A DNA stretch of 64,000 nucleotides from contig NIVC01001799.1 in the NCBI GenBank assembly GCA_002269645.1, forward strand, positions 1-64,000, given 5' to 3'. The DNA comes from Macrostomum lignano. Lineage: Eukaryota. The notes below the pieces were generated by a model. That model was given only the letters and a program-made list of their open reading frames with translations, searched no databases and had not been told where the DNA came from. Shown in pieces: positions 23,450 through 33,874 of this stretch (its first letter is position 1; every line of letters begins with the position of its first letter). Made by a program: the position numbers and the translations under genes.

Positions 23450-24946
23450 AAATAGATGCGCGCTCACACTACTTTGTCGATGAAGAGGGAATGAGTAGCC
23501 ATAGGTTTGTCTTTAGCCACTCGGGGTTTTCGCGAGCTCCTATGAGGCGAAAGCTTAGTATGTTGCGAGAGTCTAAAGTTACCCATCTAGATAATATAAA
23601 ATCTGTGCTTTGGACTGCGTGGTTTTGAGTTTGAAGAGAGGAAGAAGAATTTTTGCTAAGCAAAATGCAGAGAAGCTAGCTCGTAATTGCTTTATGACAT
23701 CTGCAAAATCACGGACACAGTGATTGGAATCACGGTCTACGACTGCCCAAACTACGCTTTTGAATGTCCACCTGGAACAGATTCCACAGGTTTCCATCAG
23801 ACCGTGATCGGTGGGTTGCAGATTACTAAATGACCAACTTCGTCATTCTCTCTATAGAAGCCTTCGTACCTTTCGTACTTTTATCTACATTTAGCATCTG
23901 CGACTGAAATAATTAACATTACAGGTGTGAAGATTAAGCTTGCCGGATATTCCGAGCTGATCTTATGCGCAAGAAGTTCGAGCACAAATGGGCGAATGCT
24001 GTTGTATGCAGTCAGCACTTCGAGGACCACATGTACATGTGTCCGAAAAATCGTCACGAGGCTGACAGTCGACTTGCTTGGAATGCAATTCCTACGCTAA
24101 AGCTCTACGAGCAAGCCGTAACAAAGCAAATACATCGGCCGCCTCCAAAGCAGAGAACTGATTCTCCAGCATCTCTGAATCAAACTCGCGTAAGTGGCAA
24201 AGTGCAAAACGAAAACGAAGTTCCTAGTTTTGCCGAGACTGCAAGTGAGCGGCATGATAAGCCAAAGGGAAGGAAACCCGTTCCAAGAGCAACTTTGAGG
24301 TTCGCCTGCTAAAAAAGCCGGAATAATGAAAAAACTAAAGCGGCGAGTTTCTAAGCTGGAGCTTCGCTCCCGCAAGATGAAATCTGCATAGGTGGCTTCC
24401 AGTCGCAATTCTGCAAAAATTTCTAAATTCTCCGGCTTCAATCATTTGGTACAGGATTTCATCGAAGATCAAAAGAAAAATGCTAAAAGGCTTCGTCCAA
24501 GTTGGTCACGGTCTTCACTCCGAATTGCAACAGGTCTACTGCACTTCAGTCCTAGATGCCACCGTTTCCTCAGAGATTGGATTTAAACTTCCAAGCCGCG
24601 TCACGATTCGGCGAAAGATCGGATGCTGTCTACGCCAACCTGGCGTACTTGCCTGTACTTGCTTTCACCGTTTTCTTGTATTGCATTGCCTCCATTGTTC
24701 TTATGACGGACTTTATCAAAGTATGTTTTCCTTTTATGAGCATGCATACTTGCATCATTTTTATAAAAAACGTACATTTAAACCGTTTAAAGCATTATAA
24801 TACATAGAAAGATATGATACCTTGAATTAGTATTTTTTGTACTGAAAAATCGACAATCGTATAGCAGTTTTATCGCAAATCACAGCTATAGTCGATGGCT
24901 ACTCATTCCTCTTCATCGACAAAGTAGTGTGAGCGCGCATCTATTT
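23450..24946 (+). mobile_element. Internally deleted THAP-domain P-like element with ~55-bp TIRs
   Basis: TIR AAATAGATGCGCGCTCACACTACTTTGTCGATGAAGAGGGAATGAGTAGCCAT and its near-perfect reverse complement. THAP motifs FHRFP|(intron)..W..VVCSQHF..NAIPTL. Downstream LLHFSPRCHRFLR..LPSRVTIRR resembles the P-transposase N-terminus. No TSD found. Confidence 0.75.
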
Positions 24947-27868
24947 CTACTCAGTTCTATTCTTAAAAAACGCTGACTGAGAATTCTGTGTAAGTTCTGT
25001 GCATTATTCCCCACTGGTTTTTATTTATTTTGACGACCTGAGAAGGCGTATGTTCCAAATAAAGGCGTCCAAGCGTTTTTAATTGAAAACGAGCTCTCGT
25101 CCGATCTGATTTGAGTGCCACCAACTATTTTAAAAACTATTTGCGCCTTTTCTAATCAACACTGAGAACCCAGGGGGTCTGTTCTGTGCACTCCCAACAT
25201 TGATTTGCATTCGAGCTGGGCTGAATTGGTTCTTCAACCTTAACCGTCCAGGTGTAAACATTATTGGAGACACCGTGTTTACTGCTGCCAATCGAATGCT
25301 ACGGTCTATGGAGCAAAAATTAAAACATGTCAACCATCTAATCAACCAAAGACTCGAGATGAGTTTTCTGCTATCGAGAATAACGATCTGGTCAAAATCA
25401 TGGGCTACTTTGTTTGGGAAAATGGCGATGTACTTCAGCAGGAGGTGATATTCCACCTTATCTACTACAATTAGGACTACGTGGAGGAGAGACGTTGCCA
25501 TTGCTAACCAAGACAAGCTTCGTCTTTCTGCGAGTAGAAGACTCGAAAGGCAAAGAGTATGTGGTCATAAATTATGACATCATCAGGAAAAATTCGAAGG
25601 CTTCGTTGAAATCGAGCGAGTTCAAGGATGCCAAGAAAGCACGCATGTATACAACCGAGGGCTCGACGAATTGTCCTGTGTCGGCTCTGCGTATGTATAT
25701 TCACGCTTGAATTGAACATCGATACTCTCCTTCCAAAGCCGTGCATGAACATTTCTAACGGCCTGGCCAATCAACGCTGGTACTGTGGTACACGTCATCT
25801 GGGCAAAAATTCAATCGATCAACTGATGAGTAATTTGTCTACTAAACTTGCCCTCTCTAAGCGTTATACCAACCCAGGGACTACTCAATTCTCGGGACGG
25901 GAAACGGCCAAATCATGCAGAAAAAAGATGGAGGCCGATTTTCTCTGTTCTCTGCTGATCTTATGTTTTATCTCAAGAGCTTCAGCTTTTCACTATGTAC
26001 ACAAAATTTATCCCTCTTCAACTTCCTGTAGCCTGTTTCTACTCAAGTAATTTCGGATGAATGCTAGGAGACATTTTATACAGTACCCCTTTAATACACA
26101 AACTCGATGCTTGATAAGCCAAGTGCATCTGTTGTAGAAGTCTATGGGAAACATTGAAGCAAGAAGTGAAAGCCTGTATTATGTGATGGCCTATAAGGAC
26201 TGATACCATAGAATGCAAATAAATAGTCAACATTGGACTCCTCTGTGAGTTAACTTGGCTGGGTAGCCACGACACGACAGAAATTTTCATTTGCTCTTCC
26301 TAATTTTGCTTTGCGTTTTTTCGCATTCATGCCAAGGAAATGCTGTGTGCAATCATGCAAGTCGAACTATTTGAACGAAAAAACTTCTGTTAAAGTCTTT
26401 ACTTTCCCAAACGATCCTATAGAGAAGGAAAAATGGCGACTGGCTCTACCAAATGTCATCAAGGTGAGTCGAGTAGTAAACTGGTAATAGTGAAATTCGT
26501 GATTTTACTCTCTACTGGGCAAGTTGGAGAGACAGTGCATTGTCTCTCTTGTTCGGAAGGACAAGTTTTGCGAGGTATTGTTTCTGTAGCACACCGCTCA
26601 TAATTCTTTCATTCGCCGGTTCCGCTGAGAGATCTGCTAGGATTCCAGCCTACATTGAAGTATTTTTCACAACTCGATGCCATTATCGTTCGATGCATGA
26701 ATTTTCAACTTGAGTTGAAAGCGATGTCGTCGTCATTTCTTCAAGTGTTGGAATAAGAAAATACTGTCATCACGAATCCATCGATACAGTTTTTAATTTC
26801 ACAACTACAGCTAATTTCTACAAGTCCAGTGAGTCGTCGGTACGACATTGCCACACTGAGGCAGTCAGCTCTTATCTATTTAATCAGCAGTTCGGCTTAC
26901 TCTCAACTTCGCACTCTGTTGCCACTGCCACATCAAAGAACTCTCCGTACAAATTTGGCCGGTCTTGGAGAGATTGGAACTGCAGCCGATTCTGATGAAA
27001 CTATTCGAACAGTTTTTTCTGCACTTCGCGGCACCCAGCTGAACTGCGTTTTACTATTTGACGATTCCACGATACTGCAAAGTTTGTAGAATCTATTGTT
27101 AAGTTTTGGAAAACAGTTAATTGCCGCAACCCTTATTTGCACATACGACTGAACGATCCTGATCGAAAGCCAATTTCCTCGATTTCGGACGAACGTTTAG
27201 TATTCTTAAGTGCCTTGGCGCAGGCTGTGTCTGAACGTGGCGGTGGTAGAGGACGAAGTCGACATCAATGCCTTACGACCGAGACCAAAAACGCATTATG
27301 TAACAGTCTGTTCGGTGTGGTAGAAATATGTCACCAACTGCTGGAAACCGGTGCTATGCAGTATGTTCTGCTATCTGAATTCAACACATCCTTTAGAAGG
27401 TGAATTCGGAGTCTATAGCCAAATGAGTGGAGGCAACTATTTTATTTCAGTCGAACAAGTTTTTCTTAGCGCCCGACTGAGACGAATGAAGCTCTTTACA
27501 TCGCTTGAATTGTCCGACTTCAGTCACCAACAGAGCCACTGCTGCGACAGTCAACTATCAGATGAGGAATTAGGGACAGTCGACAGTTGCTGCATTTCTG
27601 CGGAGAATTTGACATCGCATGAGAATGCTGCCCTATATTACATTTCAGGTAAGTTTCAAATTGCTTCTTCAAGCAATTTTGTATTCTTGCACGAGTATAA
27701 TAATATTCGTATATATATATCTACTTTCATTTATCTTTTTGGTTTTAACTACCTAGGCTACGTTGCAGCAAAGGAAGGAATTCCCGCTGACGCAGAAGCA
27801 GCACGAAATGAACCATGCGAATTTACGGAGCTTGTTTCCCGTGGAAAGCTAGCGCATCCACCAGAATG

Positions 27869-29911
27869 TAATATTCCTGCACGAAAACGAGTGCGTCAAT
27901 GGCAAAAGCACGAGTGCATTTTGCCATAGACGCACGAGTTTGCGTGTAGGAAAATCATTGTCTTTTGACCATAGACAAAGTCATTCCTGCACGGTTTTCG
28001 AGAAACGTTAAGAAGAGATGAAAATTGAGTGGAGAGTTTATAGAAAAGTGTATAAAGCTTATTGACTATGGCGTCTGTAATCGACTCGGCTCTGAATCCT
28101 CCATTAATTGATTTTCGCTACGCTACTGGATTAAGTGGCGACGAAATGTTTATTGAAAGTGTGTCCAGCAACTTTGAGAGGACGGGCGACGATTTGACTG
28201 CACTGATAGCGGATTGCACGTTCAGCGAGGAATTAGAGAAACTTTTCAGCTCGGATCCGGAAACCTTGTGTAACCTTGACGAATTGGAAAGTCTGGCCGC
28301 TCAACTGGAACGCGACAACGAATGTCATTCGACTGTCTCTAAGGAGAAAGCTGTGATCAACCGCTTGACGGCCTGGTTGGCGGAGAATAATTTAAAAGTG
28401 GATTACGCGACTGCTTCGGTGGAGGAAATTTCCAAATGGGTCCGCTACTTTATCCGTTATCCTTTCTACGATTATACGATTGTAGAATACAATCGTAGGA
28501 ATTCGAGCCGCACTGTTCAGGTACTTTATGAAATTACGTGGCCTCAATATCACCGCTCACGAGGCTTTTCATAGCGCGAATTTGATGGTGAAGAATGTTT
28601 GCAATGCGTATTTGAAGTCCGGTGGTCGAGTGCAGCATTACGAAGCCATTGAGTCGGACGACCTTGTCAAGCTTACTTCTTACTTCGACAGAAGCACTCC
28701 AACACGTTTGCAAGAAGAGGTATATTTCAATGTGTTATTTTATTTCGGCAATCGCGGCAGAGAATGGCTACGAGGTCTCACTGTTCGTTCATTCCGAGAG
28801 AAGGCCCTATCAAACGGAGCTATGGCGATCGAGTTGCAAGGCAGCACCTCAAAGAATGTAAAAGGCTCGAGTGACATGCGACTCTGCGACGACAATAAAC
28901 AGGCCTTGATGGTGGCCAAGCCGGAGTCAAGGCACTGTCCAGTTCAGGCCTTCCAGCTTTATTTGTCGAAAATTACTGCCGTGCCGGGTTGGAATCAGGA
29001 GGACTTCTTTCTGCGTCCGAAACCACGAGTGAATGCGGATGGCATCTGGTACACCAAAGTACCAGTTGGAATCAACACTTTGGGGCCGTTGCTCAAGAAG
29101 ATCTCTTCGAATGCTAACCTGTCCAAGCTGTACACTCCGCATTGTGTGCGACCTACAGTTGTTACGGAGCTGCATGAAGCTGGCTTTTCTGTCGAAAAAA
29201 TTGCGAAGGTGACAGGTCACAAGGTGAGCAATTCTTTATTCTTAGTAAGTTTATTGACACATGGACAAGGAATTTATTAAACACCACCTCTATTCACAGA
29301 ATAGCACGTCGGTAGAACGATACATCCGGAGAGGCAAGAAGAGGGACTCGATCATGGCAGGGATGAGTGATCAGCTGACAGTCGCTCTAGCTGGAACTAT
29401 GCCGGCACCAAGTTCTACATTGAGCGAAGCTCCTGCAAGGGCTGTTACAACTACCGACCCGTGCGCCCTGAGCGACGCTCCTACAAGGGCTGTTGCGACT
29501 ACCGACCCGTGCGGATCAGCGTCAATGTCAACTGTCAAGAAGTCACTGGTTGTTGAAGAATTGACCACCACACTTGTAGCAGCCCCCACTAAGCGGATGA
29601 AGATTTTGGCAAACGGCGAAACGAATGTTGTGCAGTTTATTTTCGAGTAAATGCCGAGAGGGGTGTGAGTAGGTCTATAGACTCATTAACTGTTTCCCTA
29701 GTTCCACTTATTATCCTTTTTGTTCTTCCATATTGTTATTGATTACATATTCAGTTGCTTCTAAAAATAAATTGTTAAATCGTGCAGGAATGAAGTCATT
29801 CCTGCACGATAAGCTAACGTATGTCAAGTGATTTCTACCATAGACACAGACATTCCTGCACGATAATAAATCGAAAAAATCATTCCTGCACGCTGTGGTC
29901 AAACGACAATG
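27869..29911 (+). mobile_element. Crypton family A, copy A2, both ends defined (2043 bp)
   Basis: AATG at 27865-27868 and 29908-29911. Removing the element restores the host transposase frame HPPE-W-LFKFSRLCY. Confidence 0.93.
28062..29650 (+). pseudogene. Tyrosine recombinase gene of A2, frameshifted at 28451-28484
   Basis: Near-identical to A1, with the same intron after TGHK. The 3' half is intact (ITAVPGWNQEDFFLRPK). Confidence 0.9.
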
Positions 29912-31258
29912 GCTTTTCAAATTCTCACGCCTTTGTTATGCTAGCTTCACATCATATTCACCAAGCTGTGCAACCCGTGTGCAATAGATATTCAATGCTA
30001 TCGCCGAATATTTCTTTCAAGATAGGGACATTCATACCACTTCGGTGACTCGTCGCCTATCAAACTGCTTTTTCAAAGGACTTGTGCGAAACTGCAAAAC
30101 TGCAGAACAAACACCAGACGCAAGTGATCGTAAAATCACAAAGCTACGCAGTTCGTCTCGTTTATAAGCGCGATTGATACCGACTGAGACTACTGGATTA
30201 CGAATTCGATTTGTCGCATTGCTTATATTTGCTTACTACTATTGGGATACTTTGTTATGCTTACTTTGTTTGTTCTGGTTCATGTGCGTTTTGCACTTGC
30301 TTGTGGTTCTCTTGCCTTTTGCTCTTATCGTGTTTATTGTTCTTTATATGCTTGTTGTGAATGTTCTGTTTCTTGTGCTTATGCATTTGGTGTTGTTAAA
30401 TAATTCTAGTGCACAATAGTGTGTATTCTAGCGCGATCGTTTTCCAAATCTTGGTATACATGTATTGACTATGTACAACAGTTTTTTTAATCTTATATCT
30501 TATGTTGCATAACTTCTCGTATAATACAAGCTTTCACTTCTTGCTTCAATGTTTCCCATAGACTTCTAAAACAGATGCACTTGGCTTATCAAGCATCGAG
30601 TTTGTGTATTAAAGGGGTACTGCATAAAATGTCTCCTAGCATTTATCCGAAATTATTTGAGTAGAAACAGGCTACAGGAAGTTGAAGAGGGATAAATTTT
30701 GTGTACTCGTACATAGTGAAATGCTGAAGCTCTTGCGATAAAACATAAGATCAGCAGAGAACAGAGAAAATCGGCCGCCATCTTTTTTCTGCATGATTTG
30801 GCCGTTTCCCGTCCCGAGAATTGAGTAGTCCCTGTACCAACCACTGCATTAGAGTTACGCACGTGACGATACTGAAGGAGAATGGTTTCTCAAACACTGT
30901 TATCGCGTCTAATACTGGCCACAAGAATCCGGAAAGCATAGAGGGCTACACACGAGTGAGGCGCGATGCCGACTTCCAATGTCCTCAGCACTGAGCGTGG
31001 TCTTTCCAGGTCTGTGTTCACGCACTAACGCGCACTTGTGGTCTAGGCATTATTGCACGCGCAAAACGTGCTTCTATCACATTGTCACATTGACTAGCCA
31101 ACAGTGCAACGCAACAACAGCAAGCATTATGGTGCACGCTGACGAATCGATAAGCATCCATGATTAATTAGTCTATGGTTCTATCTATCGTCCAGTACAA
31201 TGGTTTTAAGAAAGTTGAGGGACTGTTGAAAGAGCTGAGCTGCAAAGCTGTCTCAGTG

Positions 31259-33033
31259 GGGTACCTCTCATTTCGCCAATTCTCGTTTCGCCGATTCTCG
31301 TTTCGCCGAATCTCATTTTGCCGATTCTCCTTTCGCCGACATTCTCATTTCGCCTAAATTAATTTCATAACCATCTGGACATTAGACCATAGACAACTAC
31401 ACTAATGCAAGTGTGATTTAGATGTCTATGGCTTGAAAATAAATTTAAAATTAAGAATTCTTTCTTCTGCATAGTCTATGGTAAAAAGTCTATAGCCAGT
31501 AGTATATATGTATGGTAGGAGGTTAGGAATAACATCCAACTTTCAAGCAAATATTCACTCAAACGCACCATGGCTCAAGCAGCACTACAATTAACTACTT
31601 TAGTTCAAAGTTCGCGTGGAGGGCAGGTGCTTCACATTATGTGATATTTGTACCGGCTCGATAAGAAGACTGAAGCAAAAGCATTTTACAAGTGTCGCCG
31701 CGAAGGTTGCAATGCCGGGGCCATCGTCGAGGGTGGATATATTTCGCATAAGAGTGGACAGCATCGTCATGCGACTGATGAAACTGAAGCCCAGAGGATG
31801 AAATTTGTGCAGCATATCAAGAACGAATATACCAACAACAACGCTCCAATGCCTCAAGTATACCGGCAGGCCATTGCTATGGACGCCTTTCAAGCAAACC
31901 CGGCGACATTGCCGACATTCGGTAGTATCAAGGATGCAGCATACCGTGCTCGGCACAAGAACTTGCCCCTCTTCCGGCCACTCGAGCTGATTATATCGTT
32001 GATCCAGAGACTCAACAAACTCTGTGGGTTTTCGACATCAATGGAGGCACACCGAATCGCATCGTTGGGTTTTTATCGAGCCAGCTGATCCGCGCACTCG
32101 CAGAAACTGATCGCCTTCAAATTGACGGTACCTTCAACTGTGTTCCGAATATATTTGAGATGCTGACAATCATCCATGGCAAGGTGCTTGGAGCGTGGGA
32201 ACCCTTGGCTTTTTTAAGGTTAGAATAATTCCTGAACACTTGGTTGCAGCCAAACGCTCGCTATAACCGACAAATGTGGAACCATTTTAATGAAGATGCA
32301 GACAGAACTATCAATGCCGCGGAGAGCCGACACCATGCGCTAAATTCGATAAGTCGCAACCATCGGCTCAATGTCCACGAATTCGTAAAGGAGTTGCGAG
32401 TTGTAATTGTCAATGCAGAGACGCGCATTCAGCAGCGAGCCGCGGGGACTGTACCACCGCAGCCGAGGCTCCGAACCCGGCAACTAGCGAATGCTCTAGC
32501 GACCTTCAGAGGGCAGTTTCTCAGCGGCGAAAGAAATCCACGGGACTACGTGGATGCTTGCAGCTACACTTTGCACGACGCAGTTGTCTAAGTTTCAACT
32601 GAACTCAACTCGTAATGATATTAACAGTTTAAAGTTTATTGTTAAAATGTCTGCTTCTGTGGTCTGTTATTCGGCTTCTTACTGTTTGTGTTAGGTCCAG
32701 TATGAATGAAAAATAGAATAAAATTGATTGCGAATGTGAAATACAGAAATGCCGATTGAAATCGTTTCTGGTGGTTTTTCTGGTAAAATAAATAATTGAT
32801 TTTATTGCAATGATTTCTGAGTTGATTTCTGTGTTCGTAATGCTGGTAAGCTAACGAAATTAAGCTGCAAAAAGGCTATGGTAGGTAAATACTCGTGCAA
32901 TATTACTAATACAATACTTTATTTTTCAAGCCATAGACATCTAAATCACACTTGCACTAGTGTAGTTGTCTATGGTCTAATGTCCAGATGGTCAGTGTCG
33001 GCGAAACGAGAATCGGCGAAATTAGAGATACCC
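31259..33033 (+). mobile_element. Internally deleted MULE/Mutator element
   Basis: Long TIRs GGGTACCTCTCATTTCGCC...; 9-bp TSD GTCTCAGTG at 31250-31258 and 33034-33042. FLYWCH/WRKY-like SSRGG..YKC..C..H.H, then IDGTF and RTINAAES motifs. Confidence 0.92.
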
Positions 33034-33315
33034 GTCTCAGTGTGTCTTCATTCAACACCATACTTCATTTCGCTACTGGGCCATAGACAATGAAAAACAG
33101 TCTTCTATAGCTTGATTTTCCCAATAAGGATTAAATTGCTTGTTCCTATGCCCAATTGGCTTGGAAAATGCTGTAATATACTTGTTTTTTACACTGCTTG
33201 GTGCTGAGCTGAGCAAAAAGAGGGGAGTTACCATAGACAGTGGAAACTTCGAGACGAAATTTCAATCCTTGTCACTCTGAAAAGGGACAATAGAATCGGA
33301 ATTTGCAGCCCAACT

Positions 33316-33874
33316 CATAGATCTTATATACACTAGATAGGCCACTCAGTGGCACCCAGCCAAACCATTGAGTCTATGGGAAGCACTCCAAGAAGCGGTG
33401 ATTTTCAGTTACGCTCGTAGTTTTCAGTAGTTTGTGCGCATATTTATCAGTAGCTGAAACGAGCATTAAATTACCTTTTTATTTAGCTGTGTCAGCGTCA
33501 GACTTAGGATGCCTTTGCATGACCAGTGTAAGGTTATAATCAGCAGAGTGAGTTCAGAGAGAAAGAAATCGTCTATACATTTTTCTGGGTCAGTAGGCTG
33601 GTGGACAGCGGTGTATTTTTTTAAAGAAAACTAAAAGAAGTTGGCTCAAATGAGCGGATCCACCCCTCTACACAGTTCTGCGGCAGAGCCCCTCCCCGGG
33701 CTGATCCGTGTCTAGCCTGCTAAAAATTTTAAGCTGCGTCATTTTATTGCGATTCAATATATTTCTTCGTCCATTACCATAGACTATATTGACGATTAGT
33801 TTTCAGCAGTGCAAGCGAACATTTTTTCGTTAGCTGAATGGGGAGTGGCCTATCTAGTGTATATAAGATCTATG
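33316..33874. mobile_element. MITE with 32-bp perfect TIRs and 8-bp TSD (P-like or hAT-like)
   Basis: CATAGATCTTATATACACTAGATAGGCCACTC at 33316 and its reverse complement ending at 33874. Flanks GCCCAACT and GCCCAATT. Confidence 0.88.

Larger units (their letters stand above)
25875..30834 (+). mobile_element. P-superfamily (THAP9-like) element, internally deleted, carrying Crypton A2
   Basis: ~310-bp TIRs (25875-26182 and 30521-30834) starting CAGGG. 8-bp TSD TACCAACC at 25867-25874 and 30835-30842. THAP MPRKCCVQSC..FTFP..W at ~26330. Transposase motifs AYSQLRTLLPLPHQRTLR, CVLLFDD and LEGEFGVYSQMSGGNY. Confidence 0.92.
18869..31202 (+). mobile_element. Outer Crypton element (family C) split by nested insertions; about 1.9 kb when reconstructed
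   Basis: ~93-bp inverted repeat 18878-18970 vs 31027-31120. AATG at 18865-18868 and 31199-31202. YR coding pieces LGLRGGE (~25470), RYTN (25861-25874) and HCIR...TGHKNPESIEGY (30843-30950) rejoin in frame across the P-like insertion. Confidence 0.75.

Noticed and set aside
19122-29650. Phage or bacterial integrase, horizontal transfer or contamination as the origin of the YR genes
   Set aside because: The genes contain GT-AG introns, have Crypton-like motif spacing and are interleaved with animal TEs and genes.
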